Below are positions 18,704 to 27,989 of a stretch of DNA of 64,000 nucleotides, piece after piece; positions within the stretch are counted from its first letter, which is position 1; the number at the start of each line of letters is the position of its first letter. The notes beneath the pieces were generated by a model that had not been told where the DNA came from, searched no databases, and saw nothing but the letters and a program-made list of their open reading frames with translations. A program made the translations under genes and the position numbers. This stretch comes from Vicinamibacterales bacterium (GTDB lineage: Bacteria > Acidobacteriota > Vicinamibacteria > Vicinamibacterales > 2-12-FULL-66-21): positions 6,670 through 70,669 of the forward strand of contig DATHTE010000003.1 in the NCBI GenBank assembly GCA_035463475.1, read 5' to 3'.

Positions 18704-18805
18704 GGGTCAGTTCTGAAACAGCTGGTTTAGCGGACTCGAGCGACACTTGCGTTGACGCTCGTCGGCGCCCGCTCCGTGTCTTCCCCGGGGCAGGTCGTGC
18801 AGAAT

Positions 18806-19912
18806 GTGCTTGTGCAAGACCTTTCGCCGCTGTTTCTGTCCCTCTTCCTGTTTGCCGCACCCGGCCAGCCCGCTCCGGCAGCCCCGGCACTCGACACTGC
18901 CTCGGTCTCCCGCTTCGCGGAACTGGCCCTCGCGTGCGTCCACAAGGAGTATCCGAACAAGATCGCGCACGTGCTATCCAGCGACGCGGACGCGCGGCCG
19001 CCGCGCGAGCTGACGCCAGCGTTTTACGGATGCTACGACTGGCACTCGTCGGTGCACGGCCACTGGCTCCTCGCGCGGGTCGCCCGGTTGCACCCGGACG
19101 CGCCATTTGCCGCGCGGGCACGCGAGGCGCTCGCCAGGAGCCTCACTGACGCCAACATCGCCGGCGAGGTGCGCTACCTCCGGGGCGCCGGCCGCGTGTC
19201 GTTCGAGCGGCCGTACGGGCTCGCCTGGCTGTTGCAGCTCGGCACCGAATTACGGGAGTGGAACGATCCCCAGGCACGCACGTGGGTGGCGGCGCTCGCG
19301 CCGCTCGAGCAGGAGGCCGTGGCGCGCGTCAACGACTGGCTGCCGAAGCTCACCGCGCCGATCCGCATCGGCGAGCACTCGCAGACTGCGTTGTCGTTCG
19401 GACTGATGCTCGACTGGGCGCGTGCCACCGGCGAGCGCCAGCTCGCGTCGCTGCTTGCGACGCGCTCGCGCGATTTCTACTTCAAGGATCGCGGCTGCCC
19501 GCTCTCGTACGAGCCCTCGGGCGAGGACTTTCTCTCGCCATGCCTGGCAGAGGCGGATCTCATGCGGCGCGTGCTCGAGCCGCGAGAGTTCGCCGTGTGG
19601 CTCGGCACGTTCCTGCCGTCCCTATCGGTCGACGGTCGGGGCGACTGGCTCGTTCCGGGCATCGTCACCGACCCGACCGACCCCAAGCTCGGGCACCTCG
19701 ATGGCCTGAATCTCTCGCGCGCATGGATGCTCGAAGGGATTGCGCACGGCCTTCCGGAAGGCGATCGACGCCGCCGGTCACTGGAAGCGGCCGCGAAGAT
19801 CCACCGCGATGCAGGGCTGAAAAACGTGACCGGCGAGCGCTACGAAGGTGGGCACTGGCTCGGCACGTTCGCCGTGTACCTCGTCACGCGCCGCGGACTC
19901 GACGCCCGCTGA
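18806..19912 (+). CDS. DUF2891 family protein, secreted
   Basis: EYPNKI.H, PAFYGCYDWHSSVHGHW, FERPYGLAWLL, HLDGLNLSRAW and YEGGHWLGTFA motifs. Start approximate (GTG at 18806). Confidence 0.85.
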   Translation: MLVQDLSPLFLSLFLFAAPGQPAPAAPALDTASVSRFAELALACVHKEYPNKIAHVLSSDADARPPRELTPAFYGCYDWHSSVHGHWLLARVARLHPDAPFAARAREALARSLTDANIAGEVRYLRGAGRVSFERPYGLAWLLQLGTELREWNDPQARTWVAALAPLEQEAVARVNDWLPKLTAPIRIGEHSQTALSFGLMLDWARATGERQLASLLATRSRDFYFKDRGCPLSYEPSGEDFLSPCLAEADLMRRVLEPREFAVWLGTFLPSLSVDGRGDWLVPGIVTDPTDPKLGHLDGLNLSRAWMLEGIAHGLPEGDRRRRSLEAAAKIHRDAGLKNVTGERYEGGHWLGTFAVYLVTRRGLDAR

Positions 19913-19942
19913 CGCCTGACGCCTGCTGACGCCTGAAGCCTG
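19910..19942. repeat. Heptamer tandem repeat (TGACGCC)n between convergent genes
   Basis: TGACGCC x3 plus TGAAGCC, with one TGC interruption. Confidence 0.75.
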
Positions 19943-20365
19943 CTAGGCCGGCTTCACCTTCAGCACGCCTGCCCGGACCAGGACCCCGGAGAAGTCGAAC
20001 ACGTGCCGCGCGGAGACTATCCCCTCTTCTCCGAACAGGTACTCGGCTGCCCCGTTGACGGTCACGCGCGTGCCCGGCTTCACCTCGCCGAAGAACGGGC
20101 CTGCCGCGATGCCGTCGAAGGTCCACAGGAACGACGCGCGCGGCGGATCGACGAGGGCGACTTCCCAGGACAGCAGGAAATCAGGAAACGCGGTGTACCA
20201 GTAGCGATACACGTCGCGGATGGCGTCGCGGCCGCGGACCACGCCGACGGCCGGGCTCTCGAACGTGCCGTCCTGGGCGTGCGCGGACGCCAGCGCCTCG
20301 ACATCGCGCCGGGCGAATGCCGCCTTGTGCTCGGACAGCCGCTCTTCGATAGCCGTTCGCGTCAT
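19943..20365 (-). CDS. SnoaL-like/NTF2 ester cyclase family protein
   Basis: 140 aa; GRDAIR..AFPD, WTFDG..G.FFG..P.G pattern. Confidence 0.8.
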   Translation of the reverse strand: MTRTAIEERLSEHKAAFARRDVEALASAHAQDGTFESPAVGVVRGRDAIRDVYRYWYTAFPDFLLSWEVALVDPPRASFLWTFDGIAAGPFFGEVKPGTRVTVNGAAEYLFGEEGIVSARHVFDFSGVLVRAGVLKVKPA

Positions 20366-20375
20366 CTGGCGTGCC

Positions 20376-21230
20376 TCAGAGATACTTCACGAAGATTACT
20401 TCGTTCCGCGACTCGTTGTAGATCAGCTCGTCCACCAGCGACCGGGTGATGGCCAGGCCCAGCCCGCCAGGGCGCATGCCCTGCGCTTCGCGGACCAGGG
20501 CGTGCTCGAACGGCTTGTCGGGCGGGTTGTTTGTCGCGGCGTGCGCGAGCCGCTCGATATCGAACCCCTCGCCAGGATCCGCGATCCGGTAGAGGAGCAT
20601 GCGCTTCGCGCGGATGCACGAGATGCGGACCTTGCGATTCGGATCGAGCTTCCCTCCCCACTCCACCGCGTTGCTCAGCAACTCGCGGAACGCGTGGCCT
20701 ACCGACTCCCGGATGTCTTCGGGGAGGTCCGCCTCGAGCTGCATGACGAAGGACTGGATGCGCTCGGCGACGGCGAGGGAACAGGGAGCGACGACCTCCA
20801 GCCAATCCGGCCGCGCGGAGATCACCTCGATTGGCAGCGTGGCGGTGGCGGGCGCGGCCAGCGCGTCCTCGACGACTTCGACGATCGTCGCGGGAGGGAA
20901 CGGCTTCTTCAGATAGCGATACGCCTGGCCGCGGACCGCCCGCAGCAGCGTCTCGGGCGCGTCGTCAGCGGTCATCATCACGACGCGCGGGAAATGCTCG
21001 AGCCCGCGCGCCTGCGCCAGAACCTCGAGCCCGGTCAGGCCCGGAAGGATGACGTCGAGCAGCACGAGATCAACGCGGCGGGCACGCAATGCCTCGAGCG
21101 CCGAGGGGCCGTCGGCGGCCTGCTCCACGGCGTATCCCGCGGCGCCAAGCAGGCCGGCCATCGCGACCCGCAGCGCGCGGTCGTCGTCGACGATCAGGAT
21201 CCGGCAGTTGGCCGACGGATCGGCTGGCAC
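20376..21230 (-). CDS. Response regulator fused to an RsbW-like HATPase_c (anti-sigma kinase-like) domain
   Basis: C-terminal 284 aa of ORF 20376..22934. GTG at 21230 with GGAGG SD; ILIVDDD, LLDVILP, then ELLSNAVEWG, IADPGEGFD and GGLGL. Confidence 0.85.
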   Translation of the reverse strand: MPADPSANCRILIVDDDRALRVAMAGLLGAAGYAVEQAADGPSALEALRARRVDLVLLDVILPGLTGLEVLAQARGLEHFPRVVMMTADDAPETLLRAVRGQAYRYLKKPFPPATIVEVVEDALAAPATATLPIEVISARPDWLEVVAPCSLAVAERIQSFVMQLEADLPEDIRESVGHAFRELLSNAVEWGGKLDPNRKVRISCIRAKRMLLYRIADPGEGFDIERLAHAATNNPPDKPFEHALVREAQGMRPGGLGLAITRSLVDELIYNESRNEVIFVKYL

Positions 21231-21317
21231 GCGCGCCTCCTCGCAGGAGGGTGTAGTGTAATGCCGCCGGGGCGGGCGGGAGCATTCTTGTCGCGCCACC
21301 CCCGACGGAGTGCAGAA

Positions 21318-24299
21318 ATGGCGGAACCGGCGCACCGACGCGTGGTGTACGAAACCGTCTGCGCCCTGGCCGAGTCCGACACGCTGGCGCACGCGGCGCC
21401 GCGCGTGCTCCGGGTGGTCTGCGAAGAGCTGCGCTGGGACTTCGGCGCCGTCTGGGAGCGCGACGCGGCGCGCCCCGCGCTCCGGTGCGTGGCCATCTGG
21501 CCCGAGCCTCCTCCCGTGCCGGACGAGTTCGCCGCCCTGACGCGGTCGATGGTGTTTACGCGCGGCATCGGGCTTCCCGGCCGCGTGTGGTCCGACCCGC
21601 GTCCCACCTGGATTCCCGACGTCCCGCACGACGAGAACTTCCCGCGGGCACCCGCGGCCGAGCGCGTCGGACTGCACGCCGGCCTCGGCCTCCCCATCCT
21701 CCGCAAGGGCGAAGTGCTGGGTGTGATCGAGGTCTTCAGCCGCGAGGTCCGGCAGCCCGATCCCGATCTTCTCCGGACGCTGACCATGGTCGCCGCGCAG
21801 GTCGCCGTGTTCGCGGACCGGAACTGGGCCGCCGAGGAGCTCGAACGGTTCTTCACGCTGTCGCTCGACCTGCTCTGCGTGGCCAACTTCGAAGGCTATT
21901 TCCTGCGCGTCAACCCGACGTGGCAGCGGCTGCTCGGCTGGACGAACGAAGAGCTGCAGGTCTCGCCGTTCCTCGACTTCGTCCATCCGGACGATCGCGG
22001 GGCGACGACGGAGGCGATGGCGGGCCTGACGCGGGGCGTCCGCGTCTTCGCGTTCGAAAACCGGTACCGCGCGCGAGACGGGTCGTACAAGTGGCTGCAG
22101 TGGACCTCGACGCCGTACACCGACGAGGGGCTGATCTACGCCGCCGCGCGCGACGTGACCGAGCGCCGGCTCGCGGAGGAAGCGCTCGCGCAGGCCAAGC
22201 GGCGGGCCGAGGAGGCGACGATCGCGAAGGGCGAGTTCCTCGCCAACATGAGCCACGAGATCCGCACGCCGATGAACGCGATCATCGGCATGACCGATCT
22301 GGCGCTTGCGACGAACCTCACCACGCAGCAGCGCGACCACATCACCACGGTGAAGGCGTCGGCCGAGGCGCTGCTGACGATCGTCAATGACATCCTCGAC
22401 GTGTCGAAGGTCGAAGCTCGCCGTCTCGTCCTCGATCGCGTGCCGTTCAACGTTCGCGACGTCGTCGAGGACGCCGTGCGCCTGCTGGCGCCGCGCGCGC
22501 ACGAGAAGAACCTCGAGCTGGCGTGCCACATCCGGCCGGACGTGCCCGACCTGGCCGTGGGCGATCGCGGTCGGCTGCGCCAGGTGATCGTCAATCTCGT
22601 GGGGAACGCGATCAAGTTCACCGACGAAGGCGAGGTGGTGGTGGACGTCGCCGCCGATCGGGTTGACGAGGAGGAAACGGCGCTGCGCTTCGTCGTCTCG
22701 GACACGGGAATCGGCATCTCGCCGGAGAAGCAGTGGCAGGTGTTCGGCCCCTTCGTGCAGGCGGACACCTCGACAACGCGGCGGTTCGGCGGCACGGGGC
22801 TGGGACTCACGATCTCCGCGCAGCTGGTCGAGCTGATGGGAGGGCGCATCTGGATCGAGAGCGAGCCGGGCGCCGGCAGCCGTTTTCATTTCGTCGCGCA
22901 TTTCGGCACGCACGCGCCGTCGGGCGAGCTGCACCAGGAGCCGGCCGCGCTCGACGGCCTGCGCGTGCTGGTGGTGGACGACAACGCGACGAGCCGCGAG
23001 ATCCTGGTTGAGATGCTGAGCGGCTGGCGCATGCAGCCCGCGGCGTTTGCGGAGGGCACGGCGGCGCTCGATGCGCTGTACCGCGCCGTGGACGCGGGAC
23101 GCCCGTTTCGCGTGGTCATTGCGGACGCGACGATGCCGGGACCTGATGGGTACGCGTTGGCGGAGCAGTTCAGGCGCGATCCCCGAATAGCGGACGTCCG
23201 GGTCGTCGTGCTTGCGTCATCCGGGACGGCGCAGGCGGGGCGCGCGGCAACCGAGGGGACGGGGCATGCCGATGTGGAACTGACGAAACCGGTCAAGCAA
23301 TCCGACCTGCTCAATGCGATTGCGGCACTGGTCACCACTGCCGGCGTGCCGGAGCGACGCGCCGCCGCGGCGCTCGTCCCGCTGGCGGCACAGCAATCGG
23401 GCGAGCAGGCGGCTGCCGGCGGGCACGAGCATGCGGCCCCGCGGCCTGCGGGTGCGCCCGTTCGCGTGCTGGTGGCCGAGGACAACGCGACGAACCAGAA
23501 ACTGGTGGCCACGCTGCTGGGGCAGCGCGGCCACGAGGTCTCGATCGTCTCGAACGGGCGTGAGGCGGTAGCGCGTGCACGTGAGCAGCCGTTCGACATC
23601 ATTCTCATGGACGTGCAGATGCCCGTGATGGGCGGCCTCGAAGCGACCGCCGCAATCCGCGTTGACGAGCGGGCGCGCGGCGTTCGTACTCCGATCGTCG
23701 CGTTGACGGCGCACGCGATGGCAGGCGATCGGGAACGCTGTCTCGAGGCGGGCATGGACGGCTACCTGTCCAAGCCCCTCAGGCCGGACGAACTGATGGC
23801 GGCGATCGATGCGTTCGCGGCGCCCGCGGCGCAGGCGCCGCCCGGGACGACAGCAGGCGAAGGGCGCGCCGGCGCGGCAGCTGCAGAGGGCGCGCCGAAG
23901 CACGGTACGGGCACGACGACGGCGACGGCGACCGCGGGAGTGGCCGTCGCGCGGCCACTCGACGCGGCGACGCTCGTGGCGGAGTTTGGCGGCAACCGCG
24001 CGCTGCTTGCCGAGGTGATCGACGTCTTCCTGGAGGATGCGCCGCGCCTCGTCGGCCGCATGAAGGAGGCCGCGGCGACGCGCGATGCAGCGGCGCTCGG
24101 GGCCGCCGCGCACGCGATGAAGGGATCGGTCGGCCTGTTCTCCCGCGGGGGCGCCTACCAGGGCGCCTCCCGCCTCTCGCAGGCCGCGCGCGCCGGCGAT
24201 CTGTCCGACATTGACGCGGCCTGCGGCGAGGTTGACCGTGAAGTGCGGCGACTGATCGACGCGCTGAAGGAGTTCCGGCGTGCACCAGGTGAAGCGTGA
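21318..24299 (+). CDS. Cytoplasmic hybrid sensor histidine kinase (GAF-PAS-HisKA-HATPase-REC-REC-Hpt)
   Basis: FLANMSHEIRTPMN, NLVGNAIKFT, DTGIGI, GGTGLGL, two REC domains and Hpt AAHAMKGS; no TM segment. Start MAEPAHRR at 21318. Confidence 0.92.
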   Translation: MAEPAHRRVVYETVCALAESDTLAHAAPRVLRVVCEELRWDFGAVWERDAARPALRCVAIWPEPPPVPDEFAALTRSMVFTRGIGLPGRVWSDPRPTWIPDVPHDENFPRAPAAERVGLHAGLGLPILRKGEVLGVIEVFSREVRQPDPDLLRTLTMVAAQVAVFADRNWAAEELERFFTLSLDLLCVANFEGYFLRVNPTWQRLLGWTNEELQVSPFLDFVHPDDRGATTEAMAGLTRGVRVFAFENRYRARDGSYKWLQWTSTPYTDEGLIYAAARDVTERRLAEEALAQAKRRAEEATIAKGEFLANMSHEIRTPMNAIIGMTDLALATNLTTQQRDHITTVKASAEALLTIVNDILDVSKVEARRLVLDRVPFNVRDVVEDAVRLLAPRAHEKNLELACHIRPDVPDLAVGDRGRLRQVIVNLVGNAIKFTDEGEVVVDVAADRVDEEETALRFVVSDTGIGISPEKQWQVFGPFVQADTSTTRRFGGTGLGLTISAQLVELMGGRIWIESEPGAGSRFHFVAHFGTHAPSGELHQEPAALDGLRVLVVDDNATSREILVEMLSGWRMQPAAFAEGTAALDALYRAVDAGRPFRVVIADATMPGPDGYALAEQFRRDPRIADVRVVVLASSGTAQAGRAATEGTGHADVELTKPVKQSDLLNAIAALVTTAGVPERRAAAALVPLAAQQSGEQAAAGGHEHAAPRPAGAPVRVLVAEDNATNQKLVATLLGQRGHEVSIVSNGREAVARAREQPFDIILMDVQMPVMGGLEATAAIRVDERARGVRTPIVALTAHAMAGDRERCLEAGMDGYLSKPLRPDELMAAIDAFAAPAAQAPPGTTAGEGRAGAAAAEGAPKHGTGTTTATATAGVAVARPLDAATLVAEFGGNRALLAEVIDVFLEDAPRLVGRMKEAAATRDAAALGAAAHAMKGSVGLFSRGGAYQGASRLSQAARAGDLSDIDAACGEVDREVRRLIDALKEFRRAPGEA

Positions 24300-24301
24300 A
24301 T

Positions 24302-24314
24302 GGGGTCTGATCCC
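24302..24314. repeat. Short REP-like palindrome GGGGTC-T-GATCCC between convergent stops
   Basis: Fills the 16-bp gap; same GGGGTC core as the 26426 and 33604 elements. Confidence 0.5.
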
Positions 24315-24315
24315 G

Positions 24316-26406
24316 TTACCGCCGCGCGGCCTTCGCGAGTGCAATCCCCAGTTCCTCGGCGAGCGCGTCCACGTCGTACACCCGCTCGAGCGCGGTCTCG
24401 ATGTACGCGGGATGCACGGCGACGGTGCGGTTCTTCTCGGCGTCGAACCAATAGCTTCCCGAGATCGAGTGGATGTTGCCGTCGAAGACCAGCCCGACGA
24501 TCTCCCCCTTGGCGTTCACCATCGGGCTCCCGGAATTCCCTCCGACGATGTCATTGGTCGTGACGAAGTTGACGCGGGAGTCCATGTCGAGCCGCGGTCT
24601 TGCGGCCGTCCAGCGTTTCGGCAGCGCGAAGGGGGGCGCCCCGGTAGCCCGCTCGAACAGCCGGCTCAGGCGCGTGAACGGCTCGACGCGCCCGTTGCCC
24701 TCGGTCCAGCCCTCCACCGCGCCGTACGAGAGCCGCAACGTGAAGGTCGCATCCGGATAGAGGCTCGTGCCGTACACCTTGAACCGCGCGGCGGCGATCG
24801 CCTGCTGCGCGCGCTGCTCCGGCGCCTGCACCTCGTTCTCGTAGATCTTCCGCAGCTCGCGCGCCTCGTCGTCGATTGCGCGGGCCAGCGCGATCATCGG
24901 GTCCTTGCTCGCCGCGACCGTCTTCTGCCCTCCTTCGAGCAGCGCCACGCGCACTTTCGGGTCCCCGAGTGTCGATCCGACGACGAGCGCGCGCGCCCGC
25001 TCGTCAGGCGAGGCGGTCCCGAGCGCTTCTTTGATCACCGGGTGATCGGGCCCGAGATACTCGCGCATCCGTTCCAGCGAAAACGAGAGGCGCACCTGTT
25101 CCAGATCCGGATACACGGGAGAGTGCGCGCCGAGCGTCTGGCGCAACGTGACCAGCTGCGCGTCGGTGTACTCACGGAGCCGGTCCGCGTTCGCCTTCGC
25201 GCGCTCGTCGGCCGCGCGGACCAGGTGTCGCGCGTAGACGAACAGGTCGCTGTTGAATCCCGCGCCCCCTTCGATCCACGTGTACGGGACCAGGATGTTG
25301 CGATACGTCGCTTCGGCCCGGGCGATGTCCTCCCACGCGCCGCCCGCCTGCGCTTTCAGCTCCGCGCTCGCCATCACGGCCTCGCGCAGCTTTCGCTCCT
25401 CCTCCGCGCGCTGCTCCATCATGCGATCATCGAGCAGCGAGACGAGCTGCATCCGCCGCACCTTGTGGCTGTTCTCGATGGTGTCGAGGTAGTCCTTCGC
25501 GGTGCGTGCCGCCTCGCGTGAGGACTTCGAGTACTGCGCCAGCCGTCCGCGCAGCTCCGAGAACCGCAGCAGCCAGAACGGCAGGACGATGTCGCGCTGC
25601 GTCTTGAGCTGCGCAACCGTCAACAGCCGCTGCGTCGTCCCAGGGTGCCCGGCGACGAAGACCGGCTCCCCTTCCTTCGCGCCGGACCAGTTGAACGTGA
25701 GATGCGCGGGCGGTCGTGCCGGCTTGCCGTTTTCGTAGACGCGCAGCAGCGACATGTCAAGGCACCAGCGCGGGAACTGGAAATTGTCCGGATCGCCGCC
25801 GAACGCGGCGACCGCGCTCTCCGGGGCGAACGCGAGCCGCACGTCGTCGTACCGCTTGTACTTGTAGAGCCAGTGCTGGCCCCCTTGGTACAGCGTGACC
25901 GCTTCGCACGCGCGCGGCTCTCCCGCCTGCTTCGAGTCGGCCTCGCAGCGCTCTTCGAGCTTGGTGAGGACCTGATTGCGGGTGCGCGCCGCCTCGGCGG
26001 GCGCGACGCCCTCGAGCGCCCGCGTGACGTCCGCGGTGACGTCCTCGGTGTCGATCAGCACCGAGGCGCGCTCACCCTGGCAGCGGACTTCGTCCTTGCG
26101 CGTCGCGGCTGTGAACCCGCTCGCCACCAGGTCGCGGGCGGCTGTCGAGTTCTCGGCGAGGCACGTCTGCGCGCAGTGATGGTTCGTGAGCACCAGCCCG
26201 TCGGGGGAGACGAAGGAGGCGGTGCAGCCGCTCTCCAGCCGGATGACCGCGTTCTGCAGCCGCTCGAGCCACTGATCGCCGGTTTGCACGCCATACTTCT
26301 TCGCGACCTCGCCCCGCGGGAAGTTGTCGAACGTCCACATCCCCTCGTCGGCCGCCACGCCGGCGCAGAGCGCCGCCACGAACATCGCCACGACAAGTCG
26401 CTTCAT
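24316..26406 (-). CDS. S46 family dipeptidyl peptidase (DPP7/DAP BII type)
   Basis: DEGMWTF, LTNHHCA, DIVGGNSGSP, GLVFDGN (Gly at the S1 position as in DPP7, not the Arg of DPP11). Confidence 0.93.
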   Translation of the reverse strand: MKRLVVAMFVAALCAGVAADEGMWTFDNFPRGEVAKKYGVQTGDQWLERLQNAVIRLESGCTASFVSPDGLVLTNHHCAQTCLAENSTAARDLVASGFTAATRKDEVRCQGERASVLIDTEDVTADVTRALEGVAPAEAARTRNQVLTKLEERCEADSKQAGEPRACEAVTLYQGGQHWLYKYKRYDDVRLAFAPESAVAAFGGDPDNFQFPRWCLDMSLLRVYENGKPARPPAHLTFNWSGAKEGEPVFVAGHPGTTQRLLTVAQLKTQRDIVLPFWLLRFSELRGRLAQYSKSSREAARTAKDYLDTIENSHKVRRMQLVSLLDDRMMEQRAEEERKLREAVMASAELKAQAGGAWEDIARAEATYRNILVPYTWIEGGAGFNSDLFVYARHLVRAADERAKANADRLREYTDAQLVTLRQTLGAHSPVYPDLEQVRLSFSLERMREYLGPDHPVIKEALGTASPDERARALVVGSTLGDPKVRVALLEGGQKTVAASKDPMIALARAIDDEARELRKIYENEVQAPEQRAQQAIAAARFKVYGTSLYPDATFTLRLSYGAVEGWTEGNGRVEPFTRLSRLFERATGAPPFALPKRWTAARPRLDMDSRVNFVTTNDIVGGNSGSPMVNAKGEIVGLVFDGNIHSISGSYWFDAEKNRTVAVHPAYIETALERVYDVDALAEELGIALAKAARR

Positions 26407-26425
26407 ACGGGCAGGATATCAACGT

Positions 26426-26526
26426 GGGGTCAGGTCTGGAAAACCCTGTTTAAGAGACACGAGCGACACGGCGCCCCCGGGCCTGTCGCTCGTGTCCGCT
26501 AAACAGGGTTTTCCAGACCTGACCCC
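26426..26526. repeat. 101-bp REPIN-like long inverted repeat
   Basis: Perfect 27-bp outer arms GGGGTCAGGTCTGGAAAACCCTGTTTA plus perfect 13-bp inner arms GACACGAGCGACA; fills most of a divergent gap. Confidence 0.9.
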
Positions 26527-26547
26527 GTTTCGGTATCCTCTCCCACC

Positions 26548-27930
26548 ATGCCGCGCAGAGCTCTCGCCTCGCTCGTCCTGTCTGTCTGTGCCATTCCGCT
26601 GACTACCGCCCTCGGACAAGACCCTCCCGCGCCAGCGCCCGGCGGCCGCGTGAGGGCGCTCGTGGGCGGGACCCTTATCGACGGCTTCGGCAGCGTACCC
26701 ATCCGCAACAGCGTGATCTTGATCGAAGGGGACCGCATCACGGCGGTCGGCCAGGTCGGGTCGCTCGCCGTGCCGCAGGCCGGCAAGGCCGCCGCGGAGG
26801 TCATCTCCACGGAAGGCATGACCGTGCTGCCTGGCCTGTGGGACATGCACGTCCACACGATGATCGCCGGGCACGCTGACTACGCGCACTGGGACAAGAC
26901 GTATCCCGCGCAGTTCGAGTCCGTGATCATGCCCGCCTCCGCCAGGCAGCTCCTGATGGCCGGTGTCACGAGCGCGCGCGATCTCGGCGCGCCGCTCGAA
27001 CCGAGCATTAGCGTCCGCGACCGAATCAACGCCGGCAAAATCCCCGGACCGACACTCTACGTCTCCGGGCCGTTCATCCAGCACGAACCCTATCCCGGCA
27101 CGGAGGCGTTCCGCTGGGGCGTCACGGGGGCAGACGACGCGCGCGCGAAGGTGGACAGGCTTGCGAAAGCCGGCGCGGACGTCATCAAGCTGATCGACCA
27201 GGATCAAATGACGCTCGACGAAGTGCGTGCCGTCGTCGAGCAGGCCCACCGGCACCGGCTGCCCGTCGTCGCGCACTCGCACCGGCCGGAGGAGATCCGC
27301 CGGGGCCTGGCCGTCGGCGTGGACTGCTTCGAGCACACGGGGCTGTCGAGCGCGCCGGAGTATCCGCCGGAGATCATCGCCGCCGTTCGCGAGCGCACGG
27401 CACAAATGAGCCTCGGCCCGCTCTGGTGGACACCGACCGTCGAGGGGCTGCTCAATTACGAGTACCTGCGCGACAACCCGGAGTTCATCGACGATCCGGC
27501 GTGGCACGAAGGGCTGCCCACGAACATCGTGCAGGACATCCGCAAGTCGCTCGAGCACACCGATAGGCTGCCCTATTACCAGCTCACGCCGGCGCGGAGG
27601 CCGACGCTCAGGCGCAAGTTCCAGCAGCTGCGCGAAGCGGGCGTGGTACAGCTCATTGGCACCGACAGCGGAATCCCGATGCAGTTCCACACGCAATCCA
27701 CCTGGCGCGAGCTGCACGCCTGGGTGAACGAGATGGGCGTCGCACCGATCGAGGCAATTCGCGCGGCCACGTACTGGCCGGCCGTCGCGATGAAGAAGGA
27801 TACGGAGGTGGGCACGGTGACGCCCGGGAAGTACGCGGACATCATCGCGGTGCGCGGCGACGCGCTGCGGGACATCGCGCTGCTGCAGCGCGTGGACGTC
27901 GTCGTCAAACACGGAGTGAGGTACCGATAG
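26548..27930 (+). CDS. Secreted metal-dependent amidohydrolase (Xaa-Pro dipeptidase/prolidase-like)
   Basis: GLWDMHVH, VIKL, AHSH, FEH and GTDSG ligands; signal peptide. Confidence 0.88.
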   Translation: MPRRALASLVLSVCAIPLTTALGQDPPAPAPGGRVRALVGGTLIDGFGSVPIRNSVILIEGDRITAVGQVGSLAVPQAGKAAAEVISTEGMTVLPGLWDMHVHTMIAGHADYAHWDKTYPAQFESVIMPASARQLLMAGVTSARDLGAPLEPSISVRDRINAGKIPGPTLYVSGPFIQHEPYPGTEAFRWGVTGADDARAKVDRLAKAGADVIKLIDQDQMTLDEVRAVVEQAHRHRLPVVAHSHRPEEIRRGLAVGVDCFEHTGLSSAPEYPPEIIAAVRERTAQMSLGPLWWTPTVEGLLNYEYLRDNPEFIDDPAWHEGLPTNIVQDIRKSLEHTDRLPYYQLTPARRPTLRRKFQQLREAGVVQLIGTDSGIPMQFHTQSTWRELHAWVNEMGVAPIEAIRAATYWPAVAMKKDTEVGTVTPGKYADIIAVRGDALRDIALLQRVDVVVKHGVRYR

Positions 27931-27989
27931 GTTCTCCAACGGGGGCTCGCGCTCGAGGGGTTCGCTCGACGATGAGAGAGCCTCAGAGG

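Noticed and set aside
20220-22934. ORF-track lengths 20220..24299 (+) and 20376..22934 (-)
   Set aside because: Both are over-extended. The real starts are 21318 and 21230, supported by domain boundaries and, for 21230, an SD.
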